Assembly (NCBI GenBank): GCA_040876735.1
Contig: JBBDPC010000100.1
Location: 3,818-67,817 of the forward strand
Reading direction: 5' to 3'
Source: Phycisphaeraceae bacterium
Lineage (GTDB): Bacteria; Planctomycetota; Phycisphaerae; Phycisphaerales; Phycisphaeraceae
Length of the DNA: 64,000 bases
Positions 17,435 to 25,971 of this stretch are shown in pieces. The notes beneath the pieces are model-generated. The model was given only the letters and a program-made list of their open reading frames with translations. It did no database searches and had not been told where the DNA came from. A program made the translations under genes and the position numbers. Positions within the stretch are counted from its first letter, which is position 1. Every line of letters begins with the position of its first letter.

Positions 17435-18538
17435 TCAGTTCCCGGTGAAGCGGGCGGTGGTGACGAAACGCTCGAAGGCATCGCGTAAGGCGTGGACTGT
17501 TTCCGTCGGTCCCGAGAGGCGGAAGAACCATGTGCGGCCGTCATCCGTTGGCACCATCGCCGCCACCACGCTCACTTCGCCTTCCGCACCGTCCAACGCC
17601 ACCAGGGTTGCCGCCTGGTCGCCGACCGTCAGGCGCTCCACGGGCTGCTGGTCCACGTCATCCAGCGCCGGCAGGCCGAGCGTGCCGCGCCACATGTTGA
17701 CGTTCAACAGCAGCCCGCCCCCGTCATCGTTCATCGGCGTCACCACCACCACCGCCTCACGCGCCACCGGGCCGACGTGGTACGTCGCGTAGCTGATCGC
17801 CGATGCGTTGCGAGCCTCGCGCCAGTCCGCCGGCGGCGAAAGAGATGCTCCGCCGGCCACGCCCCCCGGGGGGTTGTGATCGTGGTCATGGTCGTGGTCA
17901 TGGTCGTGATCGTGCGCGTCCGCCGGCGTGAAGCTGTGCGCGAAGGCCACCACGTCGGCTTCATGCGCGTCAAGCTGCGCCGGATCGCCCATCGCCCGGA
18001 CAAACCAGGTGCGGTCGGCCACGTCCGTCTGGATGATCGCCGCCAGCATGCCCTGCTCTTCGCCGTCAATCCGCATCGTCCAGCCCCGCACCGGTGCGCC
18101 GTCATCGCCGAAGCGATCCGCATGGTCGCGCCACTGCGAGGCGTCCAATGGCGGCAGGCCGAGCTGGTCGCGCCACCGGTTGATGTTCGCCAGTTCGCCA
18201 CCCACGTCGCCCGGAAAGGCGGAGACCGCCACCTCCAGTTGCCGCTCGCCTTCGCCGGCCAGGTAGGTCGCCAGCCGCATCGGCTGCTCGCCCGGCAGGC
18301 GCTCCCACGACGCCGGCGCCGTCCACGTCAGCTCCCCCGCCGTCGGCTGAGACGCCCCACCCGCCCCACCCGGCATGCCCGACCGCGCCGGCCCGCCCGC
18401 CGCCGGCGGCGCCTGCACGCTCGGCGGGTCCTTCGGCGCTTCGTAAAGGCGGATTTCCTCCTGCTCACAACCGCTCAACATCAACGCCCACGCGCTCGCC
18501 ACCACGACGCCGGCGAACCATCGCTCACTCTGCATCAC
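17435..18538 (-). CDS. putative lipoprotein with two tandem homologous domains and an (HD)n linker
   Basis: Lipobox-like LSGC; repeated GGxLxNxNxWRxxLGLPxL and RTWFxR motifs; HDHDHDHDHDHDH at about 17876-17914. Confidence 0.75.
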   Translation of the reverse strand: MMQSERWFAGVVVASAWALMLSGCEQEEIRLYEAPKDPPSVQAPPAAGGPARSGMPGGAGGASQPTAGELTWTAPASWERLPGEQPMRLATYLAGEGERQLEVAVSAFPGDVGGELANINRWRDQLGLPPLDASQWRDHADRFGDDGAPVRGWTMRIDGEEQGMLAAIIQTDVADRTWFVRAMGDPAQLDAHEADVVAFAHSFTPADAHDHDHDHDHDHDHNPPGGVAGGASLSPPADWREARNASAISYATYHVGPVAREAVVVVTPMNDDGGGLLLNVNMWRGTLGLPALDDVDQQPVERLTVGDQAATLVALDGAEGEVSVVAAMVPTDDGRTWFFRLSGPTETVHALRDAFERFVTTARFTGN

Positions 18539-18689
18539 ACGCTCCGACTAGGGGGGAACTCTCAGGTCACTGCGAATCGTCCATTGTCGGTTTTCTCCGC
18601 GCCACGTCCACTCGGCTCGCCCCCGCCGTCCCCCACGCCTGCGTTTCCATCATCGCCTCTGATAAGATGCCCTGCGCAGCAGGCAACGC

Positions 18690-19632
18690 ATGGCGACAAC
18701 CTTCCGAACCATCCCGTGGTGGCGGCTGGAATACGGCCACAACATGCTCAAGGCCCTGCCCGGCTATCGCGGCATGGGCGCCGACCGTCAACGGCAGGCG
18801 GCCTACGTGCTCAGCCACCTGCTCGTCGGCCGGACCGGGAGCATGACGGCGCTCTATCTCGCCACGTCGATCCCCCTCGGCATGCTGCTCACATTCGGCG
18901 GACTGGCCTGCTGCCTCGGGCCGTTGGTCGTCGGGCCCAACACCACGCCGCTGGGGCTGGTCTGCGTGCTCCCGGGCTTCCTGATGCTCCAGTTGCCCGG
19001 CATCTTCGCCGGCTCGATGGCCGCCAGTCTGCTGGGGCGATGGCAATACGCGGAGCTGCTCCGCCGCGCGGTCGAGGCGGCCGGCGGGGTGCACTCCTGC
19101 CTCGCCTGCGGGTATGACATGCGCATGCTCGCCGCCGCCGACTGCCCCGAATGCGGCGCGCCCGGCTACGACGTGACCACCGAACCCGTGCCTTACGTCC
19201 ACGCCGCGAACCTGCGGCGCAAGTTCGCCCATGAGCTACTCAACAGCACGCCACGCTACGCGGCGCTGCCCGCTCACCGCCAGCGGGCCGTGGCGACGGC
19301 ATTGTCCCACCGGCTGGCCCAACGGCCGACGCTGCTCGTGCGCCAGGCGCTGTCGATGGGCGCGATCGCCGTGTTCATGGCCATGTCCATGCTGAGCCTC
19401 CCGTTTGTCATGGACTGGCTGGCGCCGAACCCCGACCCGGCCATCGAGTTTCCGCTCCTGCTGGCCACCATCGTCGCGGGCATCCTGGCCTGGCTGGCTG
19501 GCCTGGCTGGCGTGGGACCGCCTCACCCTGCTGCCGCTGCTTCGACGGCGGAACCGGCAGCCCATCGCCCAGACCCTGGCCGAGAGCGCAGCCCGCGACG
19601 TCGAGCCGGATGCACAAGCAGAGGTTGAATGA
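18690..19632 (+). CDS. membrane protein with internal duplication and Zn ribbon; C-terminus frameshifted by a 13-nt tandem duplication
   Basis: CLACGYDMRMLAAADCPECG; CTGGCCTGGCTGG occurs twice at 19485-19510. The current frame stops at 19628 and the restored frame at 19632. Confidence 0.65.
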
Positions 19633-19692
19633 AGACAGCCCGGCCCGGTCGCCCTGCACGCCCCGGAAAAACCCGTGGCCTTCCCGCCGCGG

Positions 19693-20409
19693 TCAGTTCC
19701 ACCCTTCCATCTCGTCGTAGCGGTAGGTCATCCGCTGCGGGTCGAACGCGTTCAGGGCCGAGACGTGGCCGTCGGCGAACAGAACGTTGAGCGTGTCCCC
19801 CGTGTGGTGCGGCTCCCAGTAACTGCCGCCTTCCGGATGGTTTTCCACGTCCCAGACCATGCATTCCTGGGTGTAGTCGTCCTTGTCGGCATCCGCCACC
19901 GAGAAGATGCGGTTGTTGTCGCCGCCGAGGACGAAGGCGCTGGTGTACTGGATGCGTGATCGCCGCACACTGCCGAAGCTGTTCTGCTCCACGTAGACGG
20001 CCCGCGTGCCGAGGAAATAGTGGAACTCGCGCTCAGGAGCGTCGGCGGCCCGGTCGTCGCCGTAGCTCGGGCAGCCGGAGAAGAATTCGCGCATCGGCTG
20101 GTAATCGTCGAGTTGCTGCATCCACGACGCCATGCCGCTCGGCGGATGGACCTGATCCCACTCCACGTGAGCGGTGGCCATGGGGTAGTGCTCCCGGTGG
20201 TCGTTGGCGTACATCTCCAGCGCCAATCCGACCTGCCGGACGTTGGACGAGCACTGGATGCGGTGGGCGATGGCGCGGGCCTTGCCCAAGGCCGGCAACA
20301 GGATGCCGATGAGCAAAGCGATGATGCCGATGACCACCAGCAGTTCGATGAGCGTGAAGCCGGCGCAGGCCGACGTCGGGCGGATCGGCCGCCACGGTAG
20401 GCAATTCAT
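19693..20409 (-). CDS. prepilin-type / DUF1559 (H-X9-DG) protein
   Basis: [21 protein letters not shown] and [14 protein letters not shown] motifs. Confidence 0.9.
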   Translation of the reverse strand: MNCLPWRPIRPTSACAGFTLIELLVVIGIIALLIGILLPALGKARAIAHRIQCSSNVRQVGLALEMYANDHREHYPMATAHVEWDQVHPPSGMASWMQQLDDYQPMREFFSGCPSYGDDRAADAPEREFHYFLGTRAVYVEQNSFGSVRRSRIQYTSAFVLGGDNNRIFSVADADKDDYTQECMVWDVENHPEGGSYWEPHHTGDTLNVLFADGHVSALNAFDPQRMTYRYDEMEGWN

Positions 20410-20862
20410 GGATGGCACGGTAAAAGTCCCCTGCGGGTTTCAAGGCTGTCCGCGACGATCGGACGGCCTCCTGCCATCCAAACCCCCGTCGCGAACGAAT
20501 TCCTGTTCCGACAATCGGTCCGTCACGCGCCCCGGGGCCAGTTCTCGCCCCAGCCACACCAGTCACACCAATCTGCCGGAACATGACGCGTCTAAGGGAA
20601 CCAACGGCCCGCACCATCGTATATTGCGGCGGCGGCCGTTTTTCTCCCCGACCCCGAACCACCCGCCCCGTGCCGCAGCGGGCGAATGCTCGAATCAACT
20701 GTTAAGTGCGCCTAAAATAAACATTTAGAAACGCATCGCCGATTCGGGCTTGACAATCTCCCCCGCCGCTGCTCAAGTGTCACGCCGCCCGCCCCGGCCG
20801 GATTCGACAGAAATGGGCAAACGTCGAGCGGGCAATGACCGATGAACAGCGCTGGCATCTGC

Positions 20863-23745
20863 ATGGCCAAAAAATCCACCAAATCCCGCGCCGCCGGCCG
20901 CAAGACCGGCAAGTCCACCACCACCCGCCCCAGCGGCAACGGTCGCACCGCGCGCAGCCAGCAGAAGGCTCCCGACGCCACCGGCAAGCACCTGGTCATC
21001 GTCGAAAGCCCCACCAAGGCCCGCACCATCAACCGCTATCTCGGCTCCGACTACGTCGTCATGGCCAGCGTCGGCCACGTCCGTGACCTGCCCAGCAAGG
21101 CCCCCAAGGGCGAAAAGCAGGAAGTGCCCGGCGTCGACCTCGAGCACGACTTCGAGCCGACCTACGACATCCTGCCCGACAAGAAGAAAACCGTCACCGA
21201 CCTCCGCAAGGCCGCCAGGCAGGCCACCGACATCTGGTTCGCCACCGACCTCGACCGCGAGGGCGAGGCCATCGCCTGGCACCTCGCCGAGGCCTTGGGC
21301 ATCGACACTGACCAGGCCAAGCGCGTCGTCTTCAACGCCATCACCAAGGGCGAGATCGACCGTGCCTTCCAGGAGCCGCGCAACATCGACCAGGCCATGG
21401 TCGACGCCCAGCAGGCCCGCCGCATCCTCGACCGCATCGTCGGCTACCAGGTCTCCCCCCTGCTCTGGAAAAAGGTTGCCGGCGGACTCAGCGCCGGCCG
21501 GGTCCAGTCCGTCGCCACCCGACTCGTCGTCGAACGTGAACGCGAAATCGAAGCCTTCACCCCCGACGAATACTGGCGCATCACCGGCCTGTTCGCCACC
21601 GCCCTCGACAAAGCCGGCCAACTCGGCGAGCAGTGGCAAAAATGGCTCGCCGGCTCGGAAGACAAGCCCCGCACCGTCCGCGAGCAGAACGCCTGGCTCA
21701 GCGAGCACGACTGCCTCCGTGCCGAGTTGGCCGAACTGCAGGGCAAGACCTTTGAGGCTGACAACCGCGACGACGCCCGCAAGGCCGCCGAGCTGCTCGG
21801 CTTCGTCATCGACGACACCGAAGAAAAGAGCGACGAGAAGGCGAAGGGCCCGGCGAAGAACATCATCCGTTACGTCGGGCACGTCGGCGACGATCGGCCG
21901 GACTACGCGATCGAGTCGATCCAGACCAAGCGCACCACCAGCCGGCCGCCGGGGCCGTTCATCACCAGCACCATGCAGCAGGCCGCGGCCAACCGCCTCG
22001 GCTTCCAGCTTCAGCGCACCATGCGGCTGGCGCAGCAACTATATGAAGGCGTCGACCTCGGCGGCGCTCGCGGCCAGACGGGCCTGATCACCTACATGCG
22101 TACGGACTCGACGCACCTGTCCGGCGACGCGCTGAACATGGCCCGCGGCTACATCGGCGAACAGTTCGGCGACCACTACCTGCCCGAGAAGCCCAACTTC
22201 TTCAGCTCCAGCAACAAGTCGGCGCAGGAAGCCCACGAAGCGATCCGCCCCACCGACGTGTCGATCACGCCCCAGGCTGTCCGCCGATCGCTCAACGACG
22301 ATCAGTTCAAGCTCTACGACCTGATCTGGCGTCGCTTCGTCGCCTGCCAGATGCTCCCCGCCCAGTGGGACTCGACCACCATCATGATCGCCGCCAAGCC
22401 GAGGGCTGAGCGCAGCGAAGCCCCGGATCAGCCGCTCGCCCGCTTCAAGGCCACCGGCCGCAAGCTCGTCTTCGACGGCTTCTACAAGGTCGCCGGCGTC
22501 CCCACGGGCGACGACGTCGTGCTCCCGGAACTGGAAGAGAAGCAGCCGCTTGGGCCCGTCGCCATCGACCCGACGCAGCACTTCACCAGCCCGCCCGCCC
22601 GCTACACCGAGGCCTCGCTGCAAAAGAAGCTGGAAGAGGAAGGCATCGGTCGGCCGTCCACCTACGCGGCGATCATCGGCACGATCCAGGATCGCGAGTA
22701 CGTCGCCCCCGTCGCCCCGCGCGACCGTCGGCTGATGGCGACTGACCTGGGCAAGGTCGTCACCGACATGCTCGTGCTCGCCTTCCCCGAGGTGATGGAC
22801 GTCGCCTACACCCGCGAGATGGAAGCGGAGCTGGACCACATCGAGGACGAACGCCACGACTGGCGGAAAATGCTCCGCGAGTTTTACGGCCCGTTCCGCG
22901 AAAAACTGGACAAGGCCCACGAAGAGCTCCAGCACGCCAAGGCCGCCTCCATCCCCGCCCCCTACACCTGCCCCAAGTGCGGCGCGCCGACCGAATACCG
23001 CTTCGGCCGCAACGGACGCTTCCTCTCCTGCACCCGCTTCAACGTCCCGCCCGCCGAGGTGAAAGTCAAAGACCAACCCGGCACGTACCTGCTCTACAAA
23101 GCCAAGGGCAAGGCTCGGCCGAAGATCATCAGCGAAGACGGCAGCAAAAAGATCGGCTGGACCAAGCTCACCGCCGAGGAAAAAGAGAAGTTCCAGAAGA
23201 TCAGCGACGCGATGGAGACCTGCGACTACGCCGCACCGATCGACCGCGAAGGCAAGCCGATGGAGCCGCAGCTTTCGGACATCGCCTGCCCCGAGTGCGG
23301 CAGCGAGATGACCAAGCGCACCGGGCGGTTCGGCGCGTTCCTCGGCTGCGTCAACTATCCGCAGTGCAAGGGCATCGTCAAGCTCGACCCCAAGAAGCAG
23401 ACGGTCATCCTGCCCAAGACCGAGCCGCTCACGACCGACATCCCCTGCCCCAAGTGCGAAAGCCCGCTCTACCTGCGCGAGTCCAAGCGCGGGCTGTGGC
23501 TGAGCTGTTCGACGTTCCCCAAGTGCCGCGGCCGGGTGGGCTTCAACACGCTTGAAGAAGAGAAGCAGGCCGAGCTTGAAAAAGCCTGGGCCGAGCACGA
23601 GAAGCAGAACCCCAAGCCCGTCATCCGCACGGTCGAAGGCGACGTGGTCGAGGAAGGTTATCTCCCCAAGGTCACCGGCGAAGGCGACGACGCCGCCAGC
23701 AGTGACGGCCACGCCGACGACATGCCCAGTTCCGACGCGGCGTGA
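20863..23745 (+). CDS. topA: DNA topoisomerase I (type IA) with C-terminal zinc ribbons
   Basis: LVIVESPTKA, ATDLDREGEAIAWH, SAGRVQS, LITYMRTDS (catalytic Tyr), QEAHEAIRPT, GIGRPSTYA; three C4 zinc ribbons. Confidence 0.97.
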   Translation: MAKKSTKSRAAGRKTGKSTTTRPSGNGRTARSQQKAPDATGKHLVIVESPTKARTINRYLGSDYVVMASVGHVRDLPSKAPKGEKQEVPGVDLEHDFEPTYDILPDKKKTVTDLRKAARQATDIWFATDLDREGEAIAWHLAEALGIDTDQAKRVVFNAITKGEIDRAFQEPRNIDQAMVDAQQARRILDRIVGYQVSPLLWKKVAGGLSAGRVQSVATRLVVEREREIEAFTPDEYWRITGLFATALDKAGQLGEQWQKWLAGSEDKPRTVREQNAWLSEHDCLRAELAELQGKTFEADNRDDARKAAELLGFVIDDTEEKSDEKAKGPAKNIIRYVGHVGDDRPDYAIESIQTKRTTSRPPGPFITSTMQQAAANRLGFQLQRTMRLAQQLYEGVDLGGARGQTGLITYMRTDSTHLSGDALNMARGYIGEQFGDHYLPEKPNFFSSSNKSAQEAHEAIRPTDVSITPQAVRRSLNDDQFKLYDLIWRRFVACQMLPAQWDSTTIMIAAKPRAERSEAPDQPLARFKATGRKLVFDGFYKVAGVPTGDDVVLPELEEKQPLGPVAIDPTQHFTSPPARYTEASLQKKLEEEGIGRPSTYAAIIGTIQDREYVAPVAPRDRRLMATDLGKVVTDMLVLAFPEVMDVAYTREMEAELDHIEDERHDWRKMLREFYGPFREKLDKAHEELQHAKAASIPAPYTCPKCGAPTEYRFGRNGRFLSCTRFNVPPAEVKVKDQPGTYLLYKAKGKARPKIISEDGSKKIGWTKLTAEEKEKFQKISDAMETCDYAAPIDREGKPMEPQLSDIACPECGSEMTKRTGRFGAFLGCVNYPQCKGIVKLDPKKQTVILPKTEPLTTDIPCPKCESPLYLRESKRGLWLSCSTFPKCRGRVGFNTLEEEKQAELEKAWAEHEKQNPKPVIRTVEGDVVEEGYLPKVTGEGDDAASSDGHADDMPSSDAA
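22396..22430 (+). repeat. REP-like module inserted in frame in topA (encodes KPRAERSEAPDQ)
   Basis: AAGCCGAGGGCTGAG-cgca-GCGAAGCCCCGGATCA versus the reverse complement of 508-541, AAGCCGAGGGCTGAG-tcc-GCGAAGCCCCGGATCA. Confidence 0.85.
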
Positions 23746-23785
23746 TGATCTGCGTCGGCTGGTGGCCGGTGATACAGGATGAGGA

Positions 23786-24484
23786 ATGGAAGCAGACACG
23801 GCATCACCCGGCTGGCGTTCCAGGGCATGCGCCGGTTTGGGCGTGCTGATCGCCAACGGCGTGCCTTTGCTGGGCGTGCTTGCACTGGGCTGGAGCACGA
23901 CCGAGGTGCTACTGCTTTTCTGGGTCGAGGTTGCCCTGCTGGTGCTGCTGGTGCGACCGGCGAGACTGATCGTGGGCGACTGGCTCGTCGGGGTGATCGC
24001 GGCAGTCCTGGGGACCCTGCCTGCGGCAATATTTCTCGCCTTTCACGCATTCTTTCTGGTGGGTCTGCTCTATGGCGTTGACTGGAACAACGTCCAGGGC
24101 GGCCCGATGGGTTGGTCGGCCCCCAGCCAGGGCAGCCCGGCTGACTGGTTTCGACAGGCATGGACCGACTTGCCGGTGGCGGGAATCGTACTGGTTTGTC
24201 TCGTGCATGTCGGATCACTCATGGCCGAATGGCCAACGCTCCAGCGCCGGAACATGTCCGGCCAGAAAGCGCCTGACGAAACAAACGGCTTTGGCCATCT
24301 GTTCATCATGCATATCGGCATTATCCTCGGGGGATCAGCCATCCTTGTGGCCGGCGACGCCATCGGCCTGCTGCTGCTGCTGATCGCCCTGAAGTGCGGT
24401 TACGAAGTGACGACCGTTCTCAAGCGACGCTTGGATGCGCCGCCACGACTGACGAAGCAGGAAGCCGTGTCAATCAACAAGTGA
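23786..24484 (+). CDS. DUF6498-like membrane protein
   Basis: LIANGVPLLGVLALGW, FWVE, FLAFH and MHIGIILGG motifs; codon usage less biased than its neighbours. Confidence 0.7.
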   Translation: MEADTASPGWRSRACAGLGVLIANGVPLLGVLALGWSTTEVLLLFWVEVALLVLLVRPARLIVGDWLVGVIAAVLGTLPAAIFLAFHAFFLVGLLYGVDWNNVQGGPMGWSAPSQGSPADWFRQAWTDLPVAGIVLVCLVHVGSLMAEWPTLQRRNMSGQKAPDETNGFGHLFIMHIGIILGGSAILVAGDAIGLLLLLIALKCGYEVTTVLKRRLDAPPRLTKQEAVSINK

Positions 24485-24574
24485 CGTGCTTCTTGAGTAT
24501 GACAGGTGGGTTGCATCAGCCGGCCGCGAAGGCGTCCGTGCGAAACTCAAGTCGTCTCGCGAACGCACAACCCG

Positions 24575-25060
24575 TCACTTCAACATCGCCTCCACCTTGA
24601 ACCCGAACCCGCGGCGGTTGTCGATCCAGCGGACCCAGGTCGGCTGGAAGCGGTAGAACTGCTGCGCATCGATCAACTCGCGGAAACGGGGGTTCTCGGC
24701 GATGTCGGCGAACTTGTCGACAAAGGCGTTCCACGCGCGGTGACGGTCGAACTCGGCTTCGACGAGGACGGCCCGGCCGTGCATCTGGAGGCCGTGGATG
24801 TTCAGCGGCCGGTCGTCGTGGCCGTAGACCGTCATGGCTGCCTGCTCGCGGGCGGCGATGTATCGGCTGTGGGCCGACTCGGGGCTGGAGACCCAGTAGA
24901 AATGCAGGTCGTCGTCGTGGGCGAACTGCACATTGGCGGCGTGCGGCGTCCCGTCGTCGGCCGTGGTGGCGAGACTGGCCGTGCGGGCGTGACGGAGAAA
25001 CACGATCACCTGGCGCGCGATGGCCGGCGGAAAGTGCAACGATAGTTGTGTTTCAGACAT
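24575..25060 (-). CDS. pyridoxamine 5'-phosphate oxidase-like FMN-binding protein (YhbP-like)
   Basis: ASLAT...PHAANV, SSPESAHS, GLQMHG and WIDNRRGFG motifs. Confidence 0.8.
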   Translation of the reverse strand: MSETQLSLHFPPAIARQVIVFLRHARTASLATTADDGTPHAANVQFAHDDDLHFYWVSSPESAHSRYIAAREQAAMTVYGHDDRPLNIHGLQMHGRAVLVEAEFDRHRAWNAFVDKFADIAENPRFRELIDAQQFYRFQPTWVRWIDNRRGFGFKVEAMLK

Positions 25061-25152
25061 AGTTGTGGACCCCGCACTAGGTTAGCAAACCCTGCGCGGT
25101 TGCGGGAATCCACCTCTCGATCCGGCACGGGGAAGGGATGACGGGGCATCCA

Positions 25153-25839
25153 TCACAGTCGCACGCTCGCCATCATGAACACGAGCACCGCCGCCAGCAG
25201 CGCGAAGACCACCGCCATCGCCACCCCCTGCACCGAACGATGCGGGACCGCCAGCAGCGGCAGATGCATGCCGCTTTGCCCGCTTCGGCTGGCGATCGCC
25301 TGCTGCAACGGCGCGATGACCGCCTCGGCCAGCAACGCGCCGTAAAACACCGGCATCAGCAACACCGCCAGCCCCGGGCCAACGATGCTGGGGTCGTCCA
25401 GGTTGGCCAGCATGATGATCATGCCCATCACCATCCCGATCAGCCCGCCGCCCCAGGCAAGCTGATACGCCCGGGCGAACACCAGCAGGTGCATCGCACA
25501 CGTATCGCGGTCGATGTCACGCCGGCCGACCACTGCCGCCAGCAGCGCCCGCCCCATCGCCCCCGGCCCGACCGACATCCACAGCCCGCCCAGCAGCACG
25601 CCCGCCAGCCAGATCACCGCGATCGGATCGACAAAAAGCCAGAGGCTTCCGCTGACGTACAGCACCCAGCCGACCATGCCCCCCAACAGCGCCAGCCCCA
25701 GCGGCACGTGAATCCAGTGCATCGTGCGCGTCGACGTGAGATAGCTCGTCGCGTCAGCGGGCTCGAACCCCCGGCCGCACTCCGGGCACCGGCGCTGGTC
25801 GAGGCCCGTCAGCGGGTAACGGCAGTTCATGCAGTACAT
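25153..25839 (-). CDS. MotA/TolQ/ExbB-like membrane protein with N-terminal zinc ribbon
   Basis: CMNCRYPLTGLDQRRCPECG, then GLIGMVMGMIIMLANLDDPSIVGPGLAVLLMPVFYG, which resembles MotA/PomA TM3-TM4. Confidence 0.75.
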   Translation of the reverse strand: MYCMNCRYPLTGLDQRRCPECGRGFEPADATSYLTSTRTMHWIHVPLGLALLGGMVGWVLYVSGSLWLFVDPIAVIWLAGVLLGGLWMSVGPGAMGRALLAAVVGRRDIDRDTCAMHLLVFARAYQLAWGGGLIGMVMGMIIMLANLDDPSIVGPGLAVLLMPVFYGALLAEAVIAPLQQAIASRSGQSGMHLPLLAVPHRSVQGVAMAVVFALLAAVLVFMMASVRL

Positions 25840-25971
25840 GGTGACGTTTCCAGGATGACCTGCGGACGTAGAGCGATCACGGTCCCCGAACCGCCTCTTC
25901 CTGGCACGGCTACGGGGGGCGAACGGCGTCTGCAAACACGCGCTCAAGCCGGACGGCTTTCTCCCGCCGGA

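Noticed and set aside
24490-24573. Imperfect inverted repeats after the DUF6498 gene as a possible integron attC site
   Set aside because: The RYYYAAC...GTTRRRY box order is not satisfied and no integrase is present.
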